Source of the DNA: Eledone cirrhosa
Taxonomy: Eukaryota
NCBI GenBank assembly: GCA_964016885.1
Contig: OZ024741.1
Location: 237,708,001 to 237,772,000 of the forward strand
DNA length: 64,000 nt
Direction: 5' to 3'
The number at the start of each line of letters is the position of its first letter. Within the stretch, counting starts at the first letter, position 1. Both the position numbers and the translations under genes were made by a program. The notes under the pieces were generated by a model. That model had not been told where the DNA came from, made no database searches, and saw only the letters and a list, made by a program, of their open reading frames with translations. Below are positions 22,761 to 36,734 of the stretch, one piece after another.

Positions 22761-25429
22761 ATTTCTCATCGCCCTTACCAGGTCTGCTATCAAGATATTG
22801 AACTTATCACTATTTGAGATAGCTGACATCTTTAAGATGTCAAGTGGAGGATTTTGACATCTTTGTCTAAACTGAGCTTAAAGCAAATCTGTGTGTGTGA
22901 ACGCACAGGCAGTTTATACGTTTGCATATATCTATGCACCCATGTGGGTAATTAGGTATGTGTTAATGTTTGTTAGCAAGCATGCTACTCTAAAATCATA
23001 TAATCTGGGACACTCCTCTAGCTTCTGTCATCACCAGACTAGCTATTGTCATCACCACATCTAGTTCCTATCATCTACCAAGAAACTTATATAAATAAGA
23101 AGTATGTCTTACTGAGTTGATATTTTCTATAACTTATTTTAAAGTTCTTCATGAGGATATTCCTCACTGAATTAACAAAATGTTTTTGTTTGTGCACCAC
23201 TGGGTCATGGGTATCAATCACAAAATTAATTTGAGGTTTGCTAATTATATACTTTCTACAGTACCCATGGAACTCCATGTTTGATATCTCAGCCAAGTAC
23301 TTCCTATTAAAGTATTTTGCATTTTCCTCTAAATTGTACCCATGAATATTTTCCTCCTATCTTCTTTTTAACTGGACCCACGATAACATTGTTTCCCAGT
23401 TATATTTTCCTATCATCCTCTCAACAATATTGTTCTCATGGATATTTTTTAAACTAAAGTAATGGGTGAAAACATGACTGTGTGGCTAAGAAGTTTGCTT
23501 TGTGACTACATAGTTTTGGATTTGATCACATTGCACAACACCCTGGGTAGGTGTCTTCTACCATAGCCACAGGTCACTAAAAAATTTGTAAGGGGAATTT
23601 TGGTCGATGGAAACTGGAAGCGCATCAGAAAAAAGTTTTTGTTTTTGGTTTGTAGACTTAATGTCACCTGGTTTAACACCACCACTTGGCTCTTGGGTGC
23701 ATTTAACGGAGCCCACTCTATTGTAGGTATCCAGGCAAAATATTTGGTCTGTGGATAATCTTTTTCTTCTTCCTATATTTACAGAGGCTCTGAAAAGGGT
23801 TGTAAATACTGTCCTTTCTCTGAATAAGCCATTAAAAAAAGTGTTTGCTTTCCAAGTACCCTACTGTGTGATGTATATGGAAGGTCACTGTGTAATCATC
23901 CCTGTTTGCGATTGATCTGTTGACCACATCTATATAAACAGCATATAATCTAGCAGAGATGATTTCTCAATAAGAAAAAAAGCAAGAAAACCCTTAAGAA
24001 TTGATTGCTTAAACATTATAGCCTTCTCCCTCCACTTTTACCTTACTGCTACTTGGAATAAGTGGGACATTGAACAGAATTGCTTATGAGCTTATGTTAT
24101 GCCAATCATGCAGCATCAGCAATCGCAGTTTCTTTATTATTATCAGCTGTCTGTTGTATGAGATTCTAAATCTTGTTTTATTCAATCCCCCCATAGAGCA
24201 TTGGGGTGAATCTACTTGTCGTTTTTGTAGCAATTTGAGTACCAAAAGGCAAGGTCGTTAGCCTAGTGTGCCATCCTTTGTCCTTTCTCTATATGGGCTG
24301 GATACCAATGAGGGATAATTCTTAACCCTAGATAAGAACCCATTCCAGGTACTCTCAGATGTAGCCTGCTGAGCTTGTGTAAGGTAGAGTTGACACGCCA
24401 TGTTGTAATGACTGAGGTTACTGCCTCTTACCTTAAGATTACACAATGTCTAATTATTGCATTGAATCCCTTCGTCATTGATAATGTTAAGTTTGCTAGT
24501 CTACCAAAATGGCAAAACTTATTTGTCAATGTGTGACTCTCATGAACCTTCTAAGGTTAATTTTGATATCACATAATCAGTGGTGGGTATACTATAAAAT
24601 TGATGATTATGCTTCAGGGTCCCTCCAGATAATGAAGATGTCCCCATAACAATTCAAGCATCAAATATACCTCTGCCAAAAAAATCATATAACCCATATC
24701 TTTGTTGTAATAACTTTTTTCTCACAAATAATTGTTATTATAATATATATGTTTTCTACCATCCAACTTTATTATTATGTGTTGCAATGTTTTCTAAAAT
24801 ACAGTTCTATTATATTGGTATACTATATTTTCTGCATCACAGGTATTATTTTGTTAACATTGTATGGAAATTTATAGGCGAAATTTGAACACTTGTTTAT
24901 TTTTTTACATTACAGCCAGTGATATATTTTTTAACTATTCTATATGAATAGACAACTTCCTTATCAAATAAAAATGAAGCTGTTCATAAATTTCTTCTTT
25001 TCACCACTGCATAAATCGAACTTATGACAATATTTTTCTTTCAATAAAAATTGTTATGAAATTTTCTTTTCAATATCAATTTGTTTCTCATAAATTTATT
25101 TTCATTTCATCAATTGCTGTTGCTTTATTATTCATACCCCAGTCATTAGGAGCACTTGATATTTTCGATTTAACCCTATTTGTTATTGTATTTCTAATGA
25201 TACACTACTTATGTGTATCAATTAATTCTGATAGTTTGAAGAATTTAATGAGATAAATAAATTTCTCATTAATAAAGCTGATGTTTGAAACCTTACTTAA
25301 ATAAAATAATGATGGAATGTTTTGATATAAGTCTGAACATTTCAAAATTAGTAATTGTGAATCATAAATCTATGGTGCTTTCAGGAGGGTTGGTTTCAAA
25401 GCAGTTAAAATCTGCCAGTGATCATATAT

Positions 25430-25604
25430 AATTGTTTCTACATTTGGCACAAGGCCAGCAATTATCCAGTACATTACTTGTACTTTATTTTATCGACCCT
25501 GTAAGGAAAGTTAACCTCGGCGGAATTTGAACTCGGTCTGTAAAGGGATGTAACTATGATGGAAAGCATGGTGTCCGACTCTCTACCGATACTGCCAATC
25601 CACC
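25430..25604 (-). mobile_element. tRNA-derived SINE
   Basis: Close match to 13489-13676 with internal deletions. Confidence 0.88.
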
Positions 25605-25890
25605 ATAATGGATAAAGAAAGTGAATAGAAGGATTCTTGTTAAGATTATGGAGTGTCATTGGTTTTGAGATTGTATGATAGGAATTATTTCTACCGTTGA
25701 CTACTAGATTTTATGATGTCATAAAGTATATCTATTATTATCTTTGAATTTGTGATGTCTCCCTTACACACTGAGTAAAGTTGGAACAATAACTGACACT
25801 CACTCTAGTGCTAGTGCCACAAAAATGCACCCAGTACACTCTGTAAGGTGGTAATAGGAAGGGCAATCTGCTGTTGAAAAAGATGGTGTA

Positions 25891-25929
<39 letters not shown>

Positions 25930-26047
25930 TTAATGTTCATACACGGAACAAAGGTGCTACCGAAGGTTACAAGGCCAAAATGTGACCATACCTCCAGAAA
26001 ACAGGTTGCATCAAAATAGTGATCTTTCTTCGGGCGCTTATACGAGT

Positions 26048-26079
<32 letters not shown>

Positions 26080-26173
26080 GAGAGAATAACTATGTAAGTA
26101 TATCATCATCATCGTTTGATGATAATTTTATATATATATATAGAGAGAGAGAGATTATACATAAATATGTATA

Positions 26174-26391
26174 CAGTGGAACCTCGGCTTACGAAGTTAA
26201 TTCGTTTCTTAAGGCCGATCGTCATCCGAAATGTTCGTACACCAAAACTATTTTCTACATACGAAATCTTGAGAAAGACAGATCGATATTGCCATAGTTA
26301 CTAATTATACAACAAGTGACGATTTCCCACCGGTACTCCCATCTTGGTGCCGGCTTGCGCGAAAAATTGTTCGTGAGCCGAAGTTCCACTG
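26174..26391. mobile_element. Tc1/mariner (pogo/Tigger-like) MITE
   Basis: TIRs CAGTGGAACCTCGGCTTACGAA and TTCGTGAGCCGAAGTTCCACTG, flanked by TA. Confidence 0.9.
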
Positions 26392-26398
26392 TATAAAT

Positions 26399-26530
26399 TT
26401 GTAGTAGTTATCTCCCATCACCTTACAATATGTAGTAGTTATCTCCCATTACTTTACACTAAGTAGTAGTTACCTCGCATTACCTTACCGTGTAAAATAA
26501 TGTACCACTACCTTACACTATATAGTAATC
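26399..26530. repeat. About 30-bp tandem repeat, about 4 copies
   Basis: tgtagtagttatctcccat(c/t)ac(c/t)ttaca repeated. Confidence 0.85.
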
Positions 26531-27914
26531 CCTGTTGTTGTTGTTGTACTGGACATGCCTTGTGATATTTATTCCAGTTTCTTATTTTCTGACTTCTTGG
26601 GTGGTAGACTTATTGATATATAATTAGATTTCATCACACTGTTTGCAACCTGGTCAATGACTCAAGCAGTGTGAGAAAAATTTGAAAACTAAGAAATATA
26701 GATTAAATGTAAAGGTAAGTTAAGAGTTTTTTTGTTTCTGAATGTTTAAAATGTCTCTTCCACATTGAAATTGCTATAATAAAGTTATTAAAATATTTAA
26801 AAATTGTGTTTAATATCAAGCGATCTCTGATAAATGACCAAGTTAGGGCCCTAATATAATTAATTAATAAATCTAATTAATAATACTTATGTGGCGAGGA
26901 GAAAAAAACATTAGCTGAATGTTCAATATTATTGTAAATCTGATCAAGTTTGGGCATGTTTCAGTCTTGTTACAACTCCTCAGCAAAACATGGCCTTCTC
27001 CATATGACATTAGGATTAGAGAATTACTACATTAATGTACAATCATGTATAAGTAGAACTACATTGTCCAATGTAATCTTCATCTTTTAAAGTAATGGGA
27101 TGTAATCTGAGGGAGATTTAGTTGCTGCTTCTACCAGGTTGAATGACCATGTAGAGGTTCCATATTTTAATGACTATTAGAAATGAAATTATCATCATCA
27201 TCATTTATTGTCTGTTTTCCCTGCTAGCAAGGGCTAGATGGGTTGTTACGAGCCAAGTCATTACTTAATATATATGTATATCATGACTCATACACTGTTC
27301 ACTTTCCTGAAATAAAGTGTTTTGTTCAAGGACACAAATACACCAACCAGTCCAGGAATAGAACTCACAACCTCATGATTGTGAGCCCAACACTCCAACC
27401 AGTATGCCATGTGCTTTCACTGGATGGATATATAAGTCCTAATGACCATATTATTGCCATGAGGATCAGTGACTCCTAGACGTTATCTGCCTTGAAAGAT
27501 TGTGAGTCTGATGCAAGTAAAAGAAATACAGTAAACATTATAATCATAGGGGTTACCAGACATGTCAAGTTGGACAGATAAAGTTATATTAAAAAATGAG
27601 GGTATGGAGAAGGAAATTATTCATTTGATAAAACAACATGAAATAAGTATAACATTATTGTAAAACACACAATAAGATATGATATAAAACAAAAACATTG
27701 AGAGTTACCGATGTACACGCAGGTAGGAACCCACTAGTTAAGTTGAGTCAGAACACCCCCACCTTCCTGCTCACCCACCATTATAACTGAAGATAACTGA
27801 AATCTCCTGTAAGCATTTTTTTTGTGACTTCATCCACAAAAGTGCCCACATCTTCTGGACACATATTACTTTTCTTGTTAAAAATAAAAATCTAATAATA
27901 ATGATAATAATAAT

Positions 27915-28027
27915 AATTGTTTCTACTTTTGGCACAAGGCCAGTAATTATCCCAGTACATTACTGGTGCTTTATTTGATCGATCCCATAAGGATGAAAGG
28001 CAAAGTTAACCTCAGCAGGATTTGAAT
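27915..28027 (-). mobile_element. SINE, truncated at the Tx1 insertion
   Basis: SINE core ends at gatttgaa, immediately followed by (AAT)n and the LINE 3' end. Confidence 0.85.
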
Positions 28028-28029
28028 GA

Positions 28030-31000
28030 TAATAATAATAATTTCTTTATTGGCCACATAAATTTCAAACAACAAAAATTCCCCAAAAAGCTGGAGGCCT
28101 CCAAGGGTCACTCGTGGCGAAAACCACATAAAAGACCACGGCCACCCTGACCACCAGAGCAAGCACGCTCTCTCAGTTTTCCCACTCCTCAGTCTACAGG
28201 CGCATACTCAGAGCGGGCCCGTTCACTCGGACCAGACTCGTCACTTTCACCCACCTTTCAACAAACTTACTAGAAGACAGCACTTGCCTCTCCACCCTGA
28301 TTTTTCTCTTCAAGTGAAACTTGAAAAAGTTAATTAGGAATTGGCTGGAGAGGAAAGTGTCCATCTTCAACCCTTTCAACCTTGTCCACCACACAGTTTC
28401 TTTCGCCATGGGCACCAAGCAGATGAAAACTGCCTGCCATTCCTCCTCTTTAAAGGAGGATGGCGGGGCTATCTGCACAATGGACTCAGTCGATAACCGG
28501 ATCCGTCCTACATGCGACAGCAGCTGTTCGACATAGCTCCACAAGTCAGCAATCCTCGGGCACTGAACGAGTGTGTGCAGGACGGTTTCGTCGCCCTGCA
28601 CACATCTTGGACAGGATCGGCTGACAGCACCTCCGTGCCTGTAGAGCTTATCCCGAACCGGCAATGCTCCCCGGTAGCACTGCCAGGCCAGGGATTTCTG
28701 GAAGTTGTCCATAGGCCCCGGGCTGAAAGTTCTCATGAAGAGAGCAAACAACTGATCGTCTTCGACACCCAGGGTCTCCCTGAGAACGTCGTTGCTCTTC
28801 CCCTTCACTAGCCCTCTATAGAACGTCGAGGTGGATGTTCCACCGATATCAGTGTCCAGCTGGTAGATGGCCTGAGTGCTTGAAGACATTCCAGCTTCCA
28901 AGCGCTATCTCTCGGTTTTTCCTGATCCAGGACTGCAGTTCCGTCAAGGAGAAGAACTGAGGAAAAGCATGTCTGGCAAACGGCGACCACACCTGTTCAC
29001 CGTCAAGGAAACACCAGAGATGTCGCAGCCTCAGTGCATGTTTGTGCATCATCAGCCACGGCATGCCCAGTCCTCCACAAAATGGGTGCTGACAGCAGAT
29101 GGATTGTCTGACCATGCAAGCACGTCCCACAAAAAGTGGAACAGAAGACATGCCATTTTGGTCAGAGTTGGGCGGGGGCAAGTTACGACGGTCAAGTGGT
29201 AGCAGATGACGGACGCAATGTACGCATTCACCACCTCCACCCGACCTTTCAGAGACAGCCTCCTCACGGCCCATTTCTGGGTGAGAGAAGCCATCCTGCT
29301 CATCACGTCGCTCCAGTTTTTCTCCATCTGGAGGTCTGGACCAAACCAGACCCGAGCAATTTAACTGCCCCACGATGCTGTCGGACGGCATCGACTTGCC
29401 TCTCCAGGTGCCGAGTTGCAAGCCCACTGACTTTACCTGGTTTATCTTTGCTCCAGTCACTGCTTCATATTTCTTGAGAGCGGTGCCTAGCATCTAGACA
29501 TGTTTGGTGCTCTACACCACCACAGGGACGTCATCGGCGTAAGCCGACGCGGTCCTCCCGCATCCCAGTTTGCGAGGGACCCCCCCCCCCCTTGTGGTCT
29601 CCAATTTGTGCAGTAATGGCTCGAGCGCCAGTATGTACAAGAGGGACGAGAGGGGACAACCCTGGCGGACCGAGCGCATGATGCTGAAAGGCTGCGACAG
29701 GTCACCATTCACCCTCACAATCGAGCAGATGTCTCTGTGCATCGCAATGATGCAGCCCCTAAAAACGGGCCCGAAGCCGGCCGCCTCGAGGACCGCAGCC
29801 AGGTACTGATGGTCGACCCTATCAAAGGCTTTAGATTGATCCAAGTTAATCAGAACCCCACCTGTGCCAGGTTCCTTAATCACCCTCTCTATGATATATC
29901 ACATGAGATGGAGGTTGTTGTGGATGGGTCTGTCTGGAATGGCGCATGTCTGCGCCTCTCCCACCAGATCACTGACAACAAGCACCAATCTCTTTGCTAA
30001 CACCTTGGCCTAAATCTTGAACTCTGAGTTTAGCAGAGTTATGGGCCTGAAGTTGTCTATAATGTTCCCCTTGTTTGGGTCTTTTCTCAGCAACGCCACC
30101 CACCGCTCCCTGACTCACAAAACTGGGAATGCTCCCGTTCTGCTGCCAGTTGCAGTAAACATCTGCCAAGAGGTCGCTGAACAAGTCTAGCATGTACGCA
30201 TAAAGTTTGTTGGGCAGACCATCCAAACCTGGCGATTTACCCCTCGTGCAGTCAGACATCGCTTCCCGTATTTCACCTGTTGTTATCGGTAGTCCGTCGA
30301 GGTATGCACCGAAGTCCATACTTCGATCCGGCCGGCTACTGCTCCCGAACAATTGAGCAAAGTGCTGTTGAAAAGCCGCACACATCTGCTCGGGTTCGAG
30401 CAACATGTGCCTGTTTTGATCAGGCAAAGACCGAATTGTGGATTTGTTGCTACGTCGCGCCTCCACCACCCGAGCTCATTGAATGGTTTCGTCCCCTAAT
30501 GTCTCAGAGCACGTGCTCTAGCTCTGACAATGCATCCTTCATGCTTTGCATTGAAGAATTGGTTGAGTCAAGTGCCAATCTCGCTGCAAGCACATCGGTT
30601 GCGATGCCTGTCCTAAATGCCTCTTCTAGCTTTCTAACTAGCCCTCCCTCTACTCTATTTTCCTCAAACACTACTCCTTTGCTAAACCTTATCAATTCTA
30701 CTCTAATAGCCCTTTTCAGGGTAAACCACCACCTGTTGTTGACGATCACACCCGTCAACGCACGCTTAACTAATTCGCTAATCCGGTCTCTGTAAGCTTT
30801 GAGCGCCGGGAACGATGCGTTCAGCTTCCAGTAACCGGGCCCTTGCCTTTGGTGTTTATCTAAGTCAACTTCACAGATCACAAATTTGTGGTCCGTGTAG
30901 TTGACTACTTTAAATTGTGGACAACCTACACTAGCCTTATCTGTTTCCCTACAGAATACCCTATCTAAATACGATCTGGATGACCCGATGCGGTTTGCCC

Positions 31001-31197
31001 ATGTCTACATTGGCACATTCGGATAATCCAGTCTATACCTGTCAGACAGTTCAAAACGTCTGAGCAGGTTGTTGAGGCTTTTACACCCTCCTCCTCCTCT
31101 GTCTACTAACCCCACATAATCCCAGCGTGCATCTAAGATACCGTTCCAGTCGCCCACTAACACTAAAGAGTGGGACGTTCCAAGAAAGGTCTCTAGA
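28030..31197 (-). mobile_element. Tx1/L1-clade LINE ORF2 (endonuclease end, RT, CCHC), 5'-truncated and frameshifted
   Basis: GPGYWKLNAS, GKSPGLDGLP, LDQSKAFDRVDH, SVRQGCPLS, AYADDV, CPRC..ETVLHTLVQC. GC-rich relative to the host. Confidence 0.95.
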
Positions 31198-31338
31198 CCA
31201 CTTCAAAAGATGCGGGGTGTGTTTAAACACAAAACAATATAATTTTTTGCAATAAGTTCACAATAAAAACTGTTCAAAAATCACAAACTTATGGGAACAA
31301 AATTTCCTGCGACGTGTATACTTCCACAATAATAATAA

Positions 31339-31754
31339 CTAGCAGAATGGCCCAGTGTTGCTCGGGATTTTAAACATAGATTGGCATGTTTATCCCTTCT
31401 TTCTGAAACAGTTTCGTTGTATGTTCACCAATTGATACAGAAGTCCTAATAAAAAGTGAAGTTGCCTTGGGTGAATAGGCAAATAATTTTCCATTAAGAT
31501 TTTTCAAAAGCATGTAATTGTGTTCCATCTCTATTTTGTTGTCGAGCCTCGTGAAATAAATACATTTGTTTATATTTTGTTATTGTATATACAAAAATAT
31601 CTGTACACGAATATATAATTATATATATATATATATATATATTAAAATAACAGATTAAAGTTTAAGCGAAGAATCGCTGCTTTCACCCTTAACGGAATCT
31701 ACTGAAACTAAAACTAAAAAAATCAACAGACATTCTCTGTTTTAGATATATAGA
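31339..31754 (-). mobile_element. Non-autonomous Helitron
   Basis: Minus strand starts TCTATATA and ends CCCGAGCAACACTGGG (hairpin)-CCATTCTG-CTAG, between A and T. Confidence 0.72.
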
Positions 31755-31797
31755 TAATAATAATAATAATAATAATAGTAATAATAATAATAATACA

Positions 31798-32305
31798 ATT
31801 TACCACATTCTGAGAAATGGTATGAGCATAGGCCAGAGGCGGTGATGGAGAACAATCAGGTGAAGGTGCTGTGGGATTTTAGGATACAGACGGACAAAAA
31901 ACTGGAACACAATAGACCTGACCTGGTGGTTGTGGACAAAGAAAAAAGATTGTGTCTGATTGTGGATGTGGCCTGCCCGTTCGACACGAGAGTGCAAGAG
32001 AAGGAGAGGGAGAAAATTAACCGATACCAGGACCTAAAGTGGGAGGTGAAAAGGATTTGGAACTGCCATGAAGTCAAAGTGATCCCGATTGTCATAGGCG
32101 CACTGGGGACTATCTCCAAAAGTTTCCAGGGATGGTTAAAGAAAATCGGCCCCTTCACGCTTTTTGGAACGCTTCAAAAGGCATGCTTGCTTGGAACAGC
32201 AAGAACCCTCCGATACGTCCTGAATATCTGAGGCTGCAGGTAGTGGCTTGATATTCAATCCAACGGACTTTCCAGTTAACCAACATCAATGACTGAGATT
32301 CAAGG
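31798..32305 (+). mobile_element. R4/Dong-clade LINE 3' fragment (restriction-like endonuclease)
   Basis: VLWDFRIQTD..HNRPDLVVVD..IVDVACP..EKINRYQDL..PIVIGALG. Flanked by (TAA)n on both sides. Confidence 0.93.
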
Positions 32306-32333
32306 AATAACAACAATAATAATAATAATAATA

Positions 32334-32530
32334 GGTACAATCTTGAAGAGTTTCCATGTCAGGCTAAAGAACATTAGCCTGGACCCCCTTTTTTGGAATA
32401 CTTCAAAAGGCATGCCTACTAGGAACAGCAAGGACCCTCCAATACACCCTGAATATCTGAGGCTGTAAGTAGTAGCTTGATGTTCATTCAGGCAAATTTT
32501 CCAGTTAAATAAAATCAATGACTGAGATAT
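32334..32530 (+). mobile_element. Second, shorter R4/Dong 3' end
   Basis: Diverged duplicate of 32105-32300. Confidence 0.85.
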
Positions 32531-32543
32531 TAAATTCATAATA

Positions 32544-33159
32544 ATTGTTTCTACTTTTGGCACAAGGCCAGCAATTATCCCAGTACATTACTGGTGCATT
32601 ATTTTATCGACCCCATAAGGATGAAAGGCAAAGTTAACCTTGGTGGAATTAACTTTGCAACAGTTGTAGGAGCACTGTATTAACATACAATGTTTCTAAG
32701 GTGTTTTAAAACCTGGTGGAGCCTAATCCTCTCCAGGTCTGAATACAGCAGGTTTCTTGCAGTGAGAGAATGGAAGTGAGAAAGAGATATAGAGGAAGAA
32801 TTGACCCCAGTACTAGACTGGTACTTTTTATTTATTAACCTTGAATGGATGAAAGGCAAAGTTGACCTTGGCAGGATTTGAACTCAGAGAGCAGAGAGCT
32901 GAATCAAATACTGCAAGGCATTCTATCCAACACTCTAACAACTCTGCCAATTCGCTGCCTATATAATAATAATTGTTTCTACTTTTGGCACAAGGCCAGC
33001 AATTACCCAGTACATTACTGGTACTTTATTTTATCGACCCTGTAAGGGTGAAAGGCAAAGTTAACCTCGGCGGGATTTGAACTCAGACCATAAAGGGCCG
33101 TAACTCTTTGCTGCAAAGCATGGCGTCCGACCCTCTACCGATACTGCCAATCCACCGCC
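32544..33159 (-). mobile_element. Three stacked SINE copies (32544-32650 partial; about 32690-32960 long-tailed variant; 32970-33159 full)
   Basis: SINE core repeated three times. The last copy has intact A and B boxes. Confidence 0.88.
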
Positions 33160-33219
33160 AATAATAAGGGAAAATAAGTAATTAATTATTAATGTGATAA
33201 GCAGTGGGTTTGAAAAACT

Positions 33220-33344
33220 AAAGGAAGGGCATCCAGCCGTAGAAAACCCGCCAGACAGTCCTATGCGAGCAAGACAACCACTCTTGCCTCAAGTGGGAAA
33301 ACTCCCGTCCAAACCCATGCAAGCGTGGAATATGGACGTTAAAC

Positions 33345-33386
<42 letters not shown>
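33220..33386 (+). mobile_element. RTE-related SINE/LINE 3' end with (GAT)n tail
   Basis: ggaagggcatccagccgtagaaa...ccatgcaagcgtggaa..ggacgttaaacgatgatgat. Diverged copies lie near 3190, 4800, 5060, 8300-8900, 51440 and 56270. Confidence 0.75.
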
Positions 33387-33387
<1 letters not shown>

Positions 33388-34353
33388 CTCTAACTATTTT
33401 TGAAAATTTTCTATATATGTAATAAGCAGACTTCAACAAATATAAACAATATTTACATTTGGGGAAGTGTGTTCATTAGATATATTATATATATTACAAT
33501 GACAGTTAGAACACAAAGTATATCTTTTAATAACATTTTGGGGATGTTTCGTTTTAGGTATATACAATAGCAGACAATAAAATGGAAGTGAATGTAGCAG
33601 GAAGTAAATAAAAATGAAAAGATATCTTCTTTTTTTGCTGTAAATCTTCATCTTTTATACCCCCCCCCCCCATAAAAAAAAACTGAGTGATTTCATCATC
33701 ATCATTGTCATCAACGTCATTGTTGTTGTCGTCATTGTCTTCATGAGACCAGCACTACCACTATACAGTGTGTACTGGGTGCTTTTTATTGTGGAATCAC
33801 CACTACCACCTTATAGTGCTGACTAGGGGATTTTTGGTGTGGGTGGCACCAACACTACCACTTTGCAGGATGAACAGCATACATTTTGTTGTGACACCAG
33901 CACTGCCAGTTTACAGGGTGGGCTCGATACTTTTTGTTCTGGTGTAAAGAAGGGGATAATACTCCTATGAAATGGTGAACTTGCATCCTCGTAAATCTCT
34001 GGGTGCCCACAGTCCATATTCTTGGAAAAAGTGAGCTTTCTCTTCCAAATGCTATATTTGGGAATGTTTTTTTTTATGCTAACTTGCTCCATCACAACAA
34101 ATTGCAGTCAATTGCCACCCACCAATAAATTAACTCACTTTCATTTTATTATCTGCCATTTTATATACCTAAAGCGAAACATCTCCAACATTTTTTGTAA
34201 TGTCTTCATTACATATAAAAACAACAACATTTACAGTGAAGATAGACCTTGTAATAACATTTTCAAGTGGAAAATAAACCTCAAATATAAAAAGGAAGTA
34301 TAGTTAAAAGAAAATAGCACACAATACTTTAATTCTCATTTAAGACTCATTCT

Positions 34354-34712
34354 TTAACTTTCTGCTGAATTGTTTTGATCAAGGGAATTGCTGCAATGCT
34401 TTTTATAGCAGGTCTTTTGTGTGTTTTGTTTGATAGAATGGATACGGTATAATTTCTGGTTCTCTGCAGGGTACTGAACTGTTCCATCATTTATCTGAGG
34501 GAGGATAGCTTGGTTTTCATTATGAAAAGCTATGCTAGGACATCTTACTATGTTTGGTTGGCGAATGGCTAGTTCTCTGATTTGAGAAAGGTGAAGTTTA
34601 TATAGATAGCAAATATCATTAGATTGGTCGTCTGGACAGCTGAAAGCACGGTGCAGAATCTTCATAGCTCTTACTCTAGGGTTCACATCAATGTAGGGCA
34701 CCATAGAACGTT
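34354..34712 (-). CDS. Protocadherin exon 3 (cytoplasmic tail, stop)
   Basis: Acceptor tttcttttgtttacag|AA is phase 1 and matches exon 2. Frame is open to TAA at 34354. Confidence 0.72.
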
Positions 34713-35634
34713 CTGTAAACAAAAGAAACAAAGCATGAGAGGGGAAAGGGGATTGATAGAGAAACAAACGATGTGATGTATGCAGTAAGGGCTGCAAGTA
34801 TCATCATCATCATTTTTACATCCACTTTTTATGCTGGATTGGGTTAGATGAGATGTTTTGAGACAATGCTTCCCAGCCATATGTCCTTCCTGACACCAAC
34901 CTTTTTAGTCATCTCTTATAACATGTTGGGATACAGTGTACTTATTCTAAAAACTGAGATACAGTTTAAATTTATCCCAAAATTACTATGCCTTTTTTTT
35001 TCAGACATTTGTTTGTTCTCAAATTCTGTGACCATTTAAATTTTGGATTAAAAATTCTGACAAAGTAACTGTTTTAACAGAATAGGAAAAAGACAATATA
35101 GGAAAGAGGGTGATCCTTAAGATCAGAACAAGGAAACACTATTTCCATTGGACTCCCACCCAACTTGTTGATACTGTTTAACAATCACAACTCCTGGTAG
35201 AAGTGTCACTACTACTCCGGTGTCAGGAAGTGGGATTTGAACTGAAAATGCACAAAACTAGAACAAATACTGCAAGGCATCCCATCAATTTTGCCAATCT
35301 AACCCCTCCTCCTTGTCTGATACTTAATTAATCTATCCTGAAAGGATGGACGTCAAATTGACCTTGGCAGGTTTTCAACTCAGAGTGTAGTGGGCCAGAA
35401 GAAACTGTGCAAAGAAATTAATCTGACACTTTTATGACACTTCTGCCAATTTGCCACCATAGCAGAATAAACCTAATAGAAATATAACTCTGAGAGGCCC
35501 TTCTTTATTTGAAGCTCTAAACACTTTTGGTTAATGGTTAATCTAGTTGTGGTTTATATGGTTAGCTTTAAAGTGAAGGTTATTAACTATTCACAGGCTT
35601 AATGAGAAAAGTAGATGTAAGCTCTGCAGTAATT

Positions 35635-35840
35635 GATTTCTAATTTAGGCACAAGGGGGAAAGGATAATGTAGTTTAAATCAACCCCAGTACATGACTGG
35701 TACTTTATTTTATCAACCTTGGAAGGATGGAAGGCAAAGTTGACCATGGCAGGATTTGAACTCAGAATGAAATGAGCCAGAACAAATACTGCCATGGGAT
35801 CTTTACACAACATTGTACCAATTCTATCAATCCCCCACCC
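35635..35840 (-). mobile_element. SINE (diverged; further copies at about 35230-35460 and 36125-36260)
   Basis: SINE core ggcaaagttgacc..ggatttgaactcaga. Confidence 0.75.
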
Positions 35841-36604
35841 TTTAATGTAACATATATTGATTTCTAATTTAGGCACAAGGTCAACACAGTTTTTGGGAAA
35901 GGCTAAAGTTGATTAACCCTTTAGCATTTACATTACTCTATATTTACTATTGCATTTTTGTGGTAAACACTTTATCTCCCATAATATCGAATCTACAAGA
36001 TTTTTATATTATTTATTTTGAGAACAATAACTTAACATAAGTATGAGCAGTCGGTTATGGCTGGTTTGAACAGAAAGAGGTGAGAGAATCCTGGCTGGAT
36101 ACAGCTGGTTTAAATGCTAAAGTGTTAAATCAACCCCATTACTGGTACTTTATTTTATCCACCCCGGAGGGATTAAAGGCAAAGTTGACCGTGGCAAGAT
36201 TTGACCTCAGAACAAATACTGCAATGGCATATCATTCAATGCTCTGCCAATTCTGCTTATCCACAACTCTTAAGCTCTGCAATAATTATCATCAATGGAA
36301 ATCAAAGTAGTAGTTGTATAATGTATAGTAACAGATAGATGTAGAGGGGATGATGTTTTGTAAGTTGTTACTTTCGTTGGAAGTGGTGGGTGTCATGTGT
36401 TGAGTAGTTGTTCTGCTACTGTGTTGTAACTATAAATGTGCACAGTTGTTATAACTGTCATTGTTATCCTCATCCTCATTATCATTATCATTATCATCAC
36501 TGTCATTGCCATCATCATCACCATATCATCATCATCATTATCATTTTTATCAGTCTTTATATTAAATGTATAGAGGTGTATGTGTCAAATGAAGGCTCAC
36601 TTAC

Positions 36605-36734
36605 CTTGGTTACATGTGGTCTCAGTTCCTGTCAACTGAATCCTTTGATCTGGTTCCACCATAGCCATTGAGTTCACCCTAAATTGATTTCCATCAAGAC
36701 CACCAGAAGTGATGGCTAGTTCTTGTACACAGGT
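36605..36734 (-). CDS. Protocadherin exon 2 (130 bp)
   Basis: Acceptor cttacttcctttcccatag and donor AAG|gtaagt. Open in phase 0 (TCVQELAITSGG..TTCNQ), ends in phase 1. Confidence 0.78.

Noticed and set aside
23000-24560. Possible RT fragments
   Set aside because: Only isolated motif-like words, not in a consistent order, so no clade could be supported.
25990-26040. Minus-strand CCGAAGA-AAGATCA..TGAT-GCAAC hammerhead-like string
   Set aside because: Several core mismatches and no stem I; too decayed to call.
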